The notes under the pieces: generated by a model
Told to the model about the DNA's origin: nothing
What the model saw: only the letters and a program-made list of their open reading frames with translations
Database searches by the model: none
Source of the DNA: OM182 bacterium BACL3 MAG-120619-bin3
GTDB lineage: Bacteria; Pseudomonadota; Gammaproteobacteria; Pseudomonadales; Pseudohongiellaceae
Assembly: GCA_001438145.1 (NCBI GenBank)
Contig: LICD01000001.1
Span: forward strand, 197 to 64,196
Direction of reading: 5' to 3'
Length of the DNA: 64,000 nt
Shown here: piece after piece, positions 27,476-37,860 of the stretch
Position numbering within the stretch: the first letter of the stretch is position 1
Layout: every line of letters begins with the position of its first letter
Translations under genes and position numbers: made by a program

Positions 27476-27513
27476 CAAGAGGCTAGGCGAACGGGGTTCG
27501 GGCTAGCCTCTTG
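27476..27513 (+). terminator. strong intercistronic stem-loop between pstS and pstC (possible partial terminator or mRNA stabiliser)
   Basis: Perfect 11-bp stem caagaggctag/ctagcctcttg with an inner 5-bp stem cgaac/gttcg. Followed by tcattt, which is only a weak U-tract. Confidence 0.55.
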
Positions 27514-27625
27514 TCATTTGGTGCGACAGAAATATCGAAAGGCTTGCCTCAAGGGTGACCCGTAACGGTGACTCCTTTGCCATTAAACTGTAATATTCGC
27601 GCTCACCGATAAAGAACTAGACCCT

Positions 27626-29962
27626 ATGCCTGCAGATAACTTACCCGAGGCGCAGTCGCGACTCATAGACGACGAGCCTAGCCAATCGGTCAAAGTCTCG
27701 GTTTTGTCTTCCGAGAAGCTCGCTTCCCGTCGCCGCTGGCGCCATCTGAGCGACAAAACGGCGAAGGTGAGTATCGCAGTGGGTGGCATCAGCGTGATTG
27801 TCGCGATCCTGCTTATCTTCGCTTATTTATTTTATGAAGTCGTTCCACTTTTCGCTGGAGCTACGGTCGAAGAGGCGGCGTCCTACGATCTCCAAGATTC
27901 TTCAGCGAGCCTGCATTTGGCGATCGAAGAGCAGTCAGAGATGGCGATGCGTCTCGGAGACGATGGCGTGGCGCGCTTTTTTGATCTTGAAAGTGGCGAG
28001 AACGCTGCGACGATTGCCGTTAAGGTTCCCTCCGGCGCGACGATAACCAGCTTTGCGCTAGACTCAGAACAGTCAGGTTTATTTGCGTTGGGTCTCAATA
28101 CTGGTGAGGCAGTTGTTGCGCGTTATGCCTATGACACGCGTTTCGCGCAGCTAGACAATCGGCGCATTCTCACTCCTAAAATCGACTACCCGTTTGGGGA
28201 AATCCCCTACACGCTTGCCGTTGACAAACCGCTCGCCTCGATCGCACTGCGAACCTCCGGCGAGAATATGATGCTCGCCGCGACAGCGCGAGGCGGCGAA
28301 CTTAGCCTTCTCAAAGCAAGTAAACAGACAAGTCTGTTCGCAGCGTTCGACCTAGGCGGCGGCGCCGAATTTGAAATAGAAGAGAGACGGCTAAGCGGAA
28401 TGACCCTCGGGGGAGAACAACTTTTCATCGACGGCGATCGCTTCTGGTTGTTCGTCATAGACGATGAAGGCCTTGCGCGACTTCTGAGTCTGCGCACCGC
28501 CTTCACTGCCCCCAATCCACAATTCGAAGTACAGGCTCTCTTAACGGCAGGGCGCGCTAACCCTACTGATATCTCCTTCTTGCTCGGCGGAATTTCACTG
28601 CTCGTTGGTGATGATCAGGGCGCGATATCGCAGTGGTTTCTCACGAAGCGCGACGACACCGTTGCGCTAGAGAAGATTCGAAGCTTCCAAGACTCGGCGT
28701 CTCCGGTTGTGTCGCTCAGCCCCGAGCAGCGCCGTAAGAGCTTCGTGAGTGTCGATGCGCAGGGTGTGGTTTCGCTGTTCAATACGACAGCACGACGACA
28801 GGCATTTACCGGACAGCTGGCGGCCGATGGCGCGCGCGCGCTTGCAATCTCCCCGCGGGGCGATGCGCTGCTTATCGAAAGCGGACGAGGCCAGATGGCG
28901 CTTTGGGCGGTAGAGAACAAACACCCCGAAGTGTCGTGGTCTGCACTGTGGAGTCGAGTCTGGTACGAAGGGTACAGTGAGCCCGACTTTATTTGGCAAT
29001 CCTCGGCGGCAACGAACGAGTTTGAGCCCAAATACAGCTTGGTCCCATTGTCGTTTGGTACTTTAAAGGCCGCTTTTTACGCGATGCTTTTAGCCGCCCC
29101 GTTAGCGATTTGTGGTGCGATCTTTACCGGTTATTTCATGGCGCCAATGATGCGCCGCAAGGTAAAGCCGTTAATTGAATTGATGGAGGCATTACCGACC
29201 GTTGTGTTGGGCTTCCTTGCCGGTCTTTGGCTCGCCCCTTTCGTTGAGAATAACCTGCTCGGCATTTTCTCAGTGCTGGTCATTCTCCCGCTAAGCATTT
29301 TGCTTATGAGTTTTTTCTGGGTGCAGCTACCAAGCGAGCTTCGGCATCGAATTCCCGATGGCTGGGAAGCGGGCATACTTATCCCCGTGATCGTTGTGTT
29401 TACTGCACTGTCATTCGCTATTGCAGCACCCCTTGAGGCGCTGTTCTTTGGCGGTGACATGCGTTTCTACCTGACCAATGAGCTGGGCATTAATTACGAT
29501 CAACGCAATGCCATGGTGGTCGGTTTTGCGATGGGCTTTGCGGTGATTCCGACAATATTCTCGATCGCCGAAGATGCGATTTTTACAGTGCCAAAGCATC
29601 TGACCTACGGCTCGCTAGCCCTCGGCGCCACGCCCTGGCAGAGTCTCTACCGAGTGGTCCTGCCAACGGCTAGCCCAGGCATTTTTAGTGCGTTGATGAT
29701 TGGCATGGGACGTGCGGTTGGCGAGACAATGATCGTATTGATGGCTACGGGTAATACGCCCATTATGGATATCAATATCTTCGAGGGCATGCGCACGCTT
29801 GCAGCGAATATCGCCGTCGAGATTCCCGAGTCTGAAGTAGACAGCACCCATTACCGCATCCTGTTCTTGGCAGCTTTGGTGCTGTTTATGTTTACCTTTA
29901 TGTTTAATACCGTCGCTGAGGTTATCCGCCAGCGCCTACGCGATAAGTACAGCACTATATGA
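27626..29962 (+). CDS. pstC: phosphate ABC transporter permease PstC (long form)
   Basis: C-terminal BPD-transporter core (...EALPTVVLGFLAG...GATPWQSLYRVVLPTASPGI...) preceded by a ~450-aa N-terminal extension. Confidence 0.9.
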   Translation: MPADNLPEAQSRLIDDEPSQSVKVSVLSSEKLASRRRWRHLSDKTAKVSIAVGGISVIVAILLIFAYLFYEVVPLFAGATVEEAASYDLQDSSASLHLAIEEQSEMAMRLGDDGVARFFDLESGENAATIAVKVPSGATITSFALDSEQSGLFALGLNTGEAVVARYAYDTRFAQLDNRRILTPKIDYPFGEIPYTLAVDKPLASIALRTSGENMMLAATARGGELSLLKASKQTSLFAAFDLGGGAEFEIEERRLSGMTLGGEQLFIDGDRFWLFVIDDEGLARLLSLRTAFTAPNPQFEVQALLTAGRANPTDISFLLGGISLLVGDDQGAISQWFLTKRDDTVALEKIRSFQDSASPVVSLSPEQRRKSFVSVDAQGVVSLFNTTARRQAFTGQLAADGARALAISPRGDALLIESGRGQMALWAVENKHPEVSWSALWSRVWYEGYSEPDFIWQSSAATNEFEPKYSLVPLSFGTLKAAFYAMLLAAPLAICGAIFTGYFMAPMMRRKVKPLIELMEALPTVVLGFLAGLWLAPFVENNLLGIFSVLVILPLSILLMSFFWVQLPSELRHRIPDGWEAGILIPVIVVFTALSFAIAAPLEALFFGGDMRFYLTNELGINYDQRNAMVVGFAMGFAVIPTIFSIAEDAIFTVPKHLTYGSLALGATPWQSLYRVVLPTASPGIFSALMIGMGRAVGETMIVLMATGNTPIMDINIFEGMRTLAANIAVEIPESEVDSTHYRILFLAALVLFMFTFMFNTVAEVIRQRLRDKYSTI

Positions 29963-31647
29963 AAATTAGCGCGTCAAAATGGTTGAGTTCAGGGACTCCC
30001 TTCGTTTGGCTAAATGCCGGTGCGGTGGCGATCAGTATTCTCATGGTGGTTGGGTTGCTTGGCCTTCTAACCGTGCGCGGCATGGCGCATTTTTGGCCTA
30101 CCGACGTGATGCAGGCGAACTATGCGCCACCCGTTGCCTTTGGCTCTGTTATGTCGACAGAGGTGCTTGGCGAAAAGGTCGAGACCGAAAGCGTGTCGAG
30201 CATTCAGATCGCGTCGTCGGGCATTCCGGTCGATGAATCGATTCCGACTTACGAACGAGAGCTCGTCAAGCTCGGCAACAGAGACGTAACCGGCGCCGAT
30301 TTCGCCTGGTTGTTGAGCAGCTATATCAGCGATATCCGCTATCCAGCTAATGTGGTTGTGCTTGAGCGCCGCGAATGGGGCAATTTCTATGGGTTCCTCT
30401 CAGGCGTCAAAGAGTCTGGCGAGCGTGTTGTGCAAGGCGCAGGGGATGATGCTGCGCTGTGGGACGAATTCGAACAGCGGCTTAGCCGCGCTCTTGCGAT
30501 TCATGACGAAATTTACCGAATCGAAAAGCAGGAGATCGGTGAGGTTAACTATGCGCTCGAACGCCTCAGGTTGAACCAGAGGGGATTAGAGTTAGACGGT
30601 GCATTTGATGCAGAAACCGAAGCCGAGTTCGCCGCGCAGCGTGAAGAATTGGGCTCAGAGTACGCGCTCTTGCAGCAAGACTTGGTGGTGTTGAATCAGA
30701 CTATCGAGCGTGATTCGGCGCAGTTTTTCGCAGCGAATGGCGCAGAGATCGAGGTGGAGTTTGCCGACATAGTACGCGCCTACAGGCCTAACCAGATGGG
30801 CTTCGCCGAAAAGCTGCTAACCTATTTTGCCAAACTAGGTGAGTTTCTTACCGATGAACCGCGCGAGGCGAATACCGAAGGCGGCATTTTCCCCGCTATC
30901 TTCGGCACGGTGATGATGGTGCTTTTGATGTCGGTGTTCGTGACCCCCTTTGGCGTCGTCGCGGCTGTTTATTTGCGCGAATACGCTCGGCAAGGGTTTG
31001 TTACCCAAGCAATACGCATCGCGGTGAATAATCTTGCCGGTGTCCCATCGATTGTCTACGGTGTTTTTGGTTTAGGCTTTTTCATCTACATTATCGGTGC
31101 CGAGGTCGATCAGCTTTTTTACCCTGAGGCATTGCCCGCGCCGACCTTCGGTACGCCGGGGTTGCTTTGGGCGTCACTCACACTAGCGCTGCTCACCGTG
31201 CCGGTTGTGATTGTAGCCACCGAAGAAGGGCTTGCGCGCATTCCGCGCAGCGTGCGTGAAGGCAGTCTCGCGCTTGGCGCGACAAAGTTTGAGACGCTAT
31301 GGCGCGTCGTGTTGCCTATGGCGAGTCCCGCGATGATGACCGGCCTTATCCTCGCCGTCGCACGGGCAGCCGGAGAGGTTGCTCCTCTCATGCTCGTAGG
31401 GGTGGTTAAACTTGCACCGTCGTTGCCGCTTGATGGCAATTACCCCTATCTTCATCTCGATCAAAAATTCATGCACCTCGGCTTCCATATTTATGATGTC
31501 GGATTCCAGAGTCCTAATATCGAAGCTGCGCGGCCGCTTGTGTTTGCCACGGCCTTACTGCTGGTTATCGTCATTGCAGGGCTGAATTTAAGCGCGGTGG
31601 CACTGCGTAATCGACTGCGCGAAAAGTTTAAGTCTCTCGAAGTATAG
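29959..31647 (+). CDS. pstA: phosphate ABC transporter permease PstA (long form)
   Basis: Its ATG overlaps the pstC stop (ATGA). C-terminal core EGSLALGATKFETLWRVVLPMASPAMMTG. Confidence 0.9.
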   Translation: MKISASKWLSSGTPFVWLNAGAVAISILMVVGLLGLLTVRGMAHFWPTDVMQANYAPPVAFGSVMSTEVLGEKVETESVSSIQIASSGIPVDESIPTYERELVKLGNRDVTGADFAWLLSSYISDIRYPANVVVLERREWGNFYGFLSGVKESGERVVQGAGDDAALWDEFEQRLSRALAIHDEIYRIEKQEIGEVNYALERLRLNQRGLELDGAFDAETEAEFAAQREELGSEYALLQQDLVVLNQTIERDSAQFFAANGAEIEVEFADIVRAYRPNQMGFAEKLLTYFAKLGEFLTDEPREANTEGGIFPAIFGTVMMVLLMSVFVTPFGVVAAVYLREYARQGFVTQAIRIAVNNLAGVPSIVYGVFGLGFFIYIIGAEVDQLFYPEALPAPTFGTPGLLWASLTLALLTVPVVIVATEEGLARIPRSVREGSLALGATKFETLWRVVLPMASPAMMTGLILAVARAAGEVAPLMLVGVVKLAPSLPLDGNYPYLHLDQKFMHLGFHIYDVGFQSPNIEAARPLVFATALLLVIVIAGLNLSAVALRNRLREKFKSLEV

Positions 31648-31726
31648 AGTCATGCGGCGGCGCTGCTGCCTCGACAACGCGTGGCTATAAGCCAAAACGC
31701 TTAATCGTTAAAAAGAGAACAGATTC

Positions 31727-32542
31727 ATGAGAAAAGTAGATGTTAGTTCAGTGCTCGGTGCTAGCGCGGAAAACCCCGAAGGCTTAGAGAGCTGCATCGA
31801 TGTTTCGGGACTGAACCTTTACTATGCGAAAGACAAGCGTGCTCTTAATGGCATCGACTTGAAGATTCCGAAGCAGCGAGTGACTGCGTTTATTGGCCCG
31901 AGCGGCTGCGGTAAATCTAGCCTGCTGCGCTGCCTGAATAGAATGAATGATCTTGTCGATGACTGTGTTATCGATGGGCTGATCGAGATCGACGGTGAAG
32001 ATATCTATTCGAAGCATGTCGATGTTGCAGACCTGCGCAGACGAGTCGGCATGGTGTTCCAGAAGCCAAACCCCTTTCCAAAATCTATTTATGAAAATGT
32101 CGCATATGGTCTGCGTATACAGGGGATCAACTCGAAGCGCGTGCTAGACGAAGTCGTCGAAAAGTCACTGAGGGCGGCGGCACTGTGGGACGAGGTAAAA
32201 GATCGCCTCCACGACAGCGCGCTCGGGATGTCGGGTGGTCAGCAACAGCGTCTGGTTATCGCTCGCACGATCGCCGTCGAACCAGAGGTGCTGCTGCTCG
32301 ATGAACCGGCCTCCGCGCTAGACCCTATTTCTACTTTGAAGATCGAAGAGTTAATCCATGAGCTCAAACGCGATTATACGATCGTGATTGTGACGCATAA
32401 CATGCAGCAAGCTGCGCGCGTTTCTGATTTCACCGCATTTATGTATATGGGTGATATGGTTGAGTTTGACGCGACCGATAATATCTTCACGAATCCTGCG
32501 AAAAAGCAGACCGAAGACTATATCACTGGGCGTTACGGTTAA
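31727..32542 (+). CDS. pstB: phosphate ABC transporter ATP-binding protein PstB
   Basis: Walker A GPSGCGKS, signature SGGQQQRL, Walker B LLLDEP, and the PstB-typical C-terminus [10 protein letters not shown]. Confidence 0.95.
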   Translation: MRKVDVSSVLGASAENPEGLESCIDVSGLNLYYAKDKRALNGIDLKIPKQRVTAFIGPSGCGKSSLLRCLNRMNDLVDDCVIDGLIEIDGEDIYSKHVDVADLRRRVGMVFQKPNPFPKSIYENVAYGLRIQGINSKRVLDEVVEKSLRAAALWDEVKDRLHDSALGMSGGQQQRLVIARTIAVEPEVLLLDEPASALDPISTLKIEELIHELKRDYTIVIVTHNMQQAARVSDFTAFMYMGDMVEFDATDNIFTNPAKKQTEDYITGRYG

Positions 32543-32614
32543 TGTTTTGTTTTCGCGCTTTCAGCGAAGGCGCATGATGTTTAACGGGATACTTTTGGAC
32601 TCTAAGGACGCAGA

Positions 32615-33334
32615 ATGAATTCGAATATTGAAAGCCACGGCCACCATATCTCTAAGCAGTTTAATCTCGAACTCGAAGAAATTAAAAACAATATGCTCGA
32701 GATGGGCGGGGTTATTGAACGTCAGATCGCCGATGCAATGAAATCGCTCCTTGACGGCGATACGGGTCTGGCCGCTCAAGTCCTGACAGTCGAAGATCGC
32801 ATCGATTCGATGGAGGTGAGTATTGACGAGGAATGCAGCCTGATTCTAGCTCGTCGCCATCCGGCAGCGAGCGACTTGCGTCTTGTACTCGCGATCATTA
32901 AGACTGTGCGAGACCTTGAGAGGGTCGGAGACGAGTCTGCTAAAATCGCGCGTATGGCGATAAAGCTTAGTGAAGAGGGCGAGATCTCCCAAGGACTCGT
33001 TGAGTTCCGTCACTTGGCGGATAGCGTGACGCGGATGGTAAGTGGCTCCCTCGATGCGTTTGCTCGTTATGATGCCGATGCAGCTCTCGAGGTTGTTCGC
33101 GACGACGTTGCGGTAGATAAAATCTACGCAAGCGTAATGCGCTCACTAATCACCTACATGATGGAAGACCCGCGCAGTATTAGCCGAGTTCTCAATATGC
33201 TCTGGGCGCTGCGTGCGCTTGAGCGCATCGGCGACCATGCGAAGAATGTCGCTGAGCACGTGATTTACTTGGTGAAGGGAATGGATGTCCGGCACGAAAA
33301 GTTAGCCGATGTTGAAGAGCAGCTAGAAGACTAG
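32615..33334 (+). CDS. phoU: phosphate signalling complex protein PhoU
   Basis: Two PhoU repeats with D..ER.GD motifs (RDLERVGDESAKIA; RALERIGDHAKNVAE). Confidence 0.95.
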   Translation: MNSNIESHGHHISKQFNLELEEIKNNMLEMGGVIERQIADAMKSLLDGDTGLAAQVLTVEDRIDSMEVSIDEECSLILARRHPAASDLRLVLAIIKTVRDLERVGDESAKIARMAIKLSEEGEISQGLVEFRHLADSVTRMVSGSLDAFARYDADAALEVVRDDVAVDKIYASVMRSLITYMMEDPRSISRVLNMLWALRALERIGDHAKNVAEHVIYLVKGMDVRHEKLADVEEQLED

Positions 33335-34629
33335 TCCAGCACTCTTTCTCTTGGGATATGGCAGCCGAACACGCTGCCTTTTCGTGGCGTGCTCTTCACT
33401 TCTAACTCCGAGTCGTGCCTCGCCAGAATGTGCTTCACGATGGCGAGGCCAAGCCCTGTTCCACCAGACTCTGCTGACCGGCTGGGGTCGACTCTGTAGA
33501 ATCGTTCGGTGAGGCGTGGAATATGATGCGACTCGATGCCTAGACCGTTATCCTCCACTTCAATTTTTACCCCTGTCGAATCGAGTGCGGCACGTAACTC
33601 AATCATGCCGCCTGCCGGCGTGTATTTTGCGGCATTGATAACGAGGTTAGACAGAGCGCTATAAAGCTCTGAGCGTTGCCCGAGTAGAATAATCTCATTC
33701 GGGCAATTGATCGAAAAGTTGTGCTGCTTCTCGGCCATGATTTCTTGGGTATGTCCCTTTATTTCTTGTGCAAGTTCTCCTAGATCAATCTTTTCTTGGG
33801 CTCTTGGTGCTGCGCGGGTCTCAATCGAGCTAAGAACAAGCAAATCTCGCACGATATTCTCCATCCGCTGCGACTGTGACCGCATCTGCTCGATTGGTTT
33901 ATGCCAGCGCGAATCGAAGGAATCTAAATTGTCGGCGATCGTCTCGAGATAGCCTTTAATTACTGTGATGGGCGTTCCTAACTCGTGGGAAACATTGCCA
34001 ACAAAGTCGCGGCGCATAGATTCAAGTCGATGAAGCTGGGTAACGTCTCTCACGAGCATCAACTTTTCATGCTCCCCAAAGAGGGTGATTTGAAATTCGA
34101 GCGTGCGACCACTGACTCCAGGCGCTTCGATACGAAGTGTTTGGCTGTACTTCTCCTTATGAAAATAGTCGGCAAAACGGGGGTCACGAATAAGATTTGT
34201 GACCGCTTGATTGCGGTCGTTAGGATAGCGAATGCCAAGCAGATCTTCGGTTGCCCGGTTCCACCAGTCCAAAGTTCCTTGCTTGTTAATCATCACGACG
34301 GCCATCTCTAGCGCCGCGGAGGACTCCTGCGCTTTGTCGAGAATATTTTTTAGGTAGTCGCTGGCGAGTCTTTCTTGTTTCTGTAGACGATAGATGCTGT
34401 CGAAGATTGATCCCCAGGTTCCCGTACTTTCTGGCGGCTGGGTGTCGCTTTTGTGAGAGTCTTTGGCTACCCACTGGGTAAGGCGTCGCAGTTGGAGGAG
34501 GTTGTATCCGCTGTAACCTGCGAGAGCGATGAGGAGAACAAAAGAAATCTCCCCGACCAGCAGGCCAAAAACTAAGGCAGCTGCAAGAATGAGAAGGAAA
34601 CGCCGGAGCTCGTTGCGCCACGTGTTCAT
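33331..34629 (-). CDS. phoR: phosphate regulon sensor histidine kinase PhoR
   Basis: N-terminal TM hairpin, PAS region, H-box FVGNVSHELGTPITVIKGY, and HATPase boxes DNGLGI and GGTGLGLAIV. Confidence 0.9.
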   Translation of the reverse strand: MNTWRNELRRFLLILAAALVFGLLVGEISFVLLIALAGYSGYNLLQLRRLTQWVAKDSHKSDTQPPESTGTWGSIFDSIYRLQKQERLASDYLKNILDKAQESSAALEMAVVMINKQGTLDWWNRATEDLLGIRYPNDRNQAVTNLIRDPRFADYFHKEKYSQTLRIEAPGVSGRTLEFQITLFGEHEKLMLVRDVTQLHRLESMRRDFVGNVSHELGTPITVIKGYLETIADNLDSFDSRWHKPIEQMRSQSQRMENIVRDLLVLSSIETRAAPRAQEKIDLGELAQEIKGHTQEIMAEKQHNFSINCPNEIILLGQRSELYSALSNLVINAAKYTPAGGMIELRAALDSTGVKIEVEDNGLGIESHHIPRLTERFYRVDPSRSAESGGTGLGLAIVKHILARHDSELEVKSTPRKGSVFGCHIPRERVLD

Positions 34630-34924
34630 GAGACTTGTCCAGAATGAGCTGTGTGTCGAGGGAAGTTAGGGCAGAGACGGTTAGACATAATCAGTACAAG
34701 CGCAGAATCAGCGCCCAACCTTGCCATAATTAGCGAGTATTGTCATGAGAATAGACCAATCGAGTCGATTGTCTGAAATGAATGTTGTGTCCGCTCGGTC
34801 GTCTATAGCGTGGGATTTTTTACGAGCAGCGGCACGATATTCGTCGCGTTCAGATTATAGGGCTCCGAAATGTTTAAGGCCAATGCTCTAGGCTAATAGA
34901 GCAGTAATATTAGGAATAAAATCG

Positions 34925-35980
34925 ATGAAAAAATCACTAGCCTCAATGGCAATAGCAATCTCGTGTCTTGGCGTGACTGGCGTTCGAGCCGATGCAGGAC
35001 AATTTTACCTTGCCCCGGGCTTGCAGGGCATGAACTATGATGACGAAGTAGGGTTTGACAATGATTTTGGCTATGTTATCGGCATAGGCTACGACTTTAC
35101 ATCCAAGCTGAGTGCGGAGCTCAGTGTGATGGATCTCAATCCGCAAACCAAAGCTGCGCGTGAATTAGATCAAGACTTATGGAAAGTCGACGTCTTCTAT
35201 GGGCTCGATTTCGATCTAGGTAAGTTCAAACCCTTTGTCGTGAGCGGCTTGGGCAATAGTAATATCGATGGTGACAACGACTCTATCTGGGATATTGGTG
35301 CAGGCCTAAGATTGCCCCTTAACGAGCGTTGGACATGGCGGACGTCTATCCGGAATTACTATGCGCTGGGGCGTGATTTTGAAGATCAAGATTTCGGCAT
35401 TGATACCACGCTTGTTTATCGCTTTGGGGGAGCCGCAAAGAAAGCTGCGCTAGTCAAGGAGCTGCCGCAGGCGAGGGAACCGAATGAGCCAGATGCATCT
35501 ACGCAGATTGCCGATGCCGATAGAGATGGAGTGCGGGATGCTCAGGATCTCTGCGCCGACACACCCCTAAGCTATGCGGTTGATAAAGACGGCTGCCCGA
35601 TAGCGATAGAAGAGGTGGCTCGCATCGAACTATTGGTTAACTTCGACTTCGATCGTGCTGAGGTAAAAGAGCAATACTTGCCCGAGATAGAGAGCGTGGC
35701 GCGGTTTATGGAGCAGTATCCTGACAGGGTGGTTGAGCTCGAAGGGCACACGGATAGCCGTGGAACTGATCTGTATAATTTAGGTCTTTCGCAGCGCAGA
35801 GCAGAGTCTGTCATGGCAGAATTAGTGGGCAGATACGGCATCGCGGCGAGTAGAGTTTCCGCCCGAGGGTATGGCGAGTCCCAGCCTGTTGCGAGTAATG
35901 ACTCCACACAGGGGCGCGCGGATAATAGGCGAGTAATAACTGTCGTGATAAAGACGCTGCAGCGTTATCAGACAAGGTAA
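34925..35980 (+). CDS. OmpA family outer membrane protein (beta-barrel, TSP3-type Ca-binding linker, OmpA_C)
   Basis: Signal peptide. DADRDGVRDAQDLCADTP...DKDGCP thrombospondin-type-3 repeat. C-terminal LEGHTDSRGTDLYNLGLSQRRAESV...ADNRRV. Confidence 0.9.
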   Translation: MKKSLASMAIAISCLGVTGVRADAGQFYLAPGLQGMNYDDEVGFDNDFGYVIGIGYDFTSKLSAELSVMDLNPQTKAARELDQDLWKVDVFYGLDFDLGKFKPFVVSGLGNSNIDGDNDSIWDIGAGLRLPLNERWTWRTSIRNYYALGRDFEDQDFGIDTTLVYRFGGAAKKAALVKELPQAREPNEPDASTQIADADRDGVRDAQDLCADTPLSYAVDKDGCPIAIEEVARIELLVNFDFDRAEVKEQYLPEIESVARFMEQYPDRVVELEGHTDSRGTDLYNLGLSQRRAESVMAELVGRYGIAASRVSARGYGESQPVASNDSTQGRADNRRVITVVIKTLQRYQTR

Positions 35981-36064
35981 TTACCCTGATTTAGGATAAG
36001 AGGATTCGACTGCCAGGCGAGGGGGCGATAGAATATTGCTCTCTTTCTGCAACAGTAGAATATT

Positions 36065-36664
36065 GTGTCTTACCGCAGTCCCTCACAAGCTGACATTTCA
36101 GGCTCAGAGTCGTCTTCACTGGTCGAGTGGTTCGTTCGCGGTAGCCGGTCTATAACCGAGAAGGCTGAGTGGCCGGTCGCGGGTGAGGCTGTCACCGCTA
36201 TGCCTGCGAACGCCCGAGATTGGCTGTTCGATTCTGGGTCGCTTACTGCAAGACTCAAAACCTTAAGCGAGGGCAAATTCGCAGTCGAGGTCGTCGACGA
36301 ATCGTGGCTCGTTTTTCCTGAGTTACGGTTCAGGTCGCGCTTTGGTCCCGTAGCACCAGAGCATCGTTTTTGGTCTCGCCGCGTTGTTTTGCTCGGTAAC
36401 GGAGTGCCTTGGGTTTTCGCAAATACCCTCATACCCACGCATTCTCTAGGCGGTGATTTAGAACAAATCATCCGATTGGGCACGAGGCCGTTAGGTGAAT
36501 ATCTGTTTAGTCAGCCGGAGCTTTCGCGTTCAGAAATAGAGGTAAAAGAGATTGCCGAACAGAGTTGGGGGAGACGCAGCTGGTTTTTTCTTAACGCTAA
36601 GCCTGTCCTTGTTGCCGAGTACTTTCTGCCAGCGCTCCTGCGCCAGATCCCGCCGAAGGCGTAG
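36065..36664 (+). CDS. ubiC: chorismate--pyruvate lyase
   Basis: WLFDSGSLTARLK...R.V.L...PWVFA.T..P...LGEYLF pattern of the UbiC family. GTG start is uncertain. Confidence 0.7.
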   Translation: MSYRSPSQADISGSESSSLVEWFVRGSRSITEKAEWPVAGEAVTAMPANARDWLFDSGSLTARLKTLSEGKFAVEVVDESWLVFPELRFRSRFGPVAPEHRFWSRRVVLLGNGVPWVFANTLIPTHSLGGDLEQIIRLGTRPLGEYLFSQPELSRSEIEVKEIAEQSWGRRSWFFLNAKPVLVAEYFLPALLRQIPPKA

Positions 36665-36820
36665 GTTTATTCTGTTCTCGCCTCTGAGTTGTCAACCATA
36701 AGTCACCATTTACTGTGTCACACTTCTTCGTTTTTCTTTCGCATAAATCTCTTCTTGTCCAGATTAGCTCCTATACTCAGAGTGACAGACGATGGTGTTC
36801 TGGAATGATCTAACGAATCA

Positions 36821-37765
36821 ATGGAGCTGAGCGTGGACTACAGGAATGATGGTAATGGGAAAGAGTGCGGCGACGAAAAGACTAAAGGCATTCCGGCACA
36901 AGCGACCTCCTCGGTCAGCTCTCAGCGAGCGACTCTTGCAAGCGATTCGCTGACTACCTACCTCAACGACATCCGAAAGCCAGAATTACTGACTGCAGAA
37001 GAAGAATGCCATTGTGCTCGTCAGGCCTTGTTGGGAGATGAGACGGGCAGGCGAAAACTAATCGAGAGTAATTTAAGGCTTGTCGTAAATATTGCAAAAC
37101 GCTATATGCACAGGGGGATGGCTCTCGCCGATCTGGTCGAAGAGGGGAATCTTGGTCTGATTCATTCGGTAGGTAAATTCGATCCGGAGCTAGGTTACCG
37201 GTTCTCTACTTACAGCACGTGGTGGATTCGCCAAACTATCGAGCGGGGGTTGATGAATCAGGCGAGGACTGTTCGGCTGCCAGTTCATGTCGTCAAAGAA
37301 ATGCGCGCCATGATGAGAATAGACCGGGAGAATTTTACTGAGGCGGGCTTACCAATAACCAGCGCTGAGCTTGCGCAGAAAACACAAAAAACACGTGCCG
37401 ACATAGAGCGGCTTAAGCTGCTAAACGAGCCGACCTTTTCTGCGGATGCGCCGCTCGCCGAGGGGTCTGCTGATTTTTTTGTCGATAGCCTGCGAGGAAG
37501 TCGGGAGAGGGAGCCCGATCGCGTGCTTCAACTCGACGCAAGAAACGAAGCATTGGTTCGTTGGCTGCAATGCCTTACGCCGCGGCAATACGAAATAATT
37601 GTGCGCCGATTTGGGTTAGACGGCCATGACGAAGAAACCCTCGACAAAATTGGTGAAGATGTTGGTGTGACTCGAGAGCGGGTGAGGCAGATACAGATTG
37701 AAAGTCTGCGCCTGCTTCGCGAGATTATTTTGGCTGAGGGGTTGCTTGCAGAACATCTCGATTAG
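36821..37765 (+). CDS. rpoS: RNA polymerase sigma factor RpoS (group 2 sigma-70)
   Basis: Strong resemblance across regions 1.2-4.2: LLTAEEE...RRKLIESNLRLVVNIAKRY..RGMALADLVEEGNLGLI..V.KFDPE.GYRFSTYSTWWIRQTIERGLMNQARTVRLPVHVVKE...GVTRERVRQIQIESLRLLREI. Alternative GTG start at 36833 with GGAG upstream. Confidence 0.8.
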   Translation: MELSVDYRNDGNGKECGDEKTKGIPAQATSSVSSQRATLASDSLTTYLNDIRKPELLTAEEECHCARQALLGDETGRRKLIESNLRLVVNIAKRYMHRGMALADLVEEGNLGLIHSVGKFDPELGYRFSTYSTWWIRQTIERGLMNQARTVRLPVHVVKEMRAMMRIDRENFTEAGLPITSAELAQKTQKTRADIERLKLLNEPTFSADAPLAEGSADFFVDSLRGSREREPDRVLQLDARNEALVRWLQCLTPRQYEIIVRRFGLDGHDEETLDKIGEDVGVTRERVRQIQIESLRLLREIILAEGLLAEHLD

Positions 37766-37860
37766 CGTCGCTGCTTGAAGCGTTACTGCGGCTGCTCTAT
37801 CCTGCAGCGCTCTAGGCGAAAGGTTTTGCTTCGCCGGCGCAATGGGTAGGAGAGAAATGA

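Noticed and set aside
27588-27605. Second Pho box upstream of pstC (ctgtaat-attc-gcgctca)
   Set aside because: Only the first heptamer matches the consensus and the second half-site is poor. pstC is more likely expressed by read-through from the pstS promoter.
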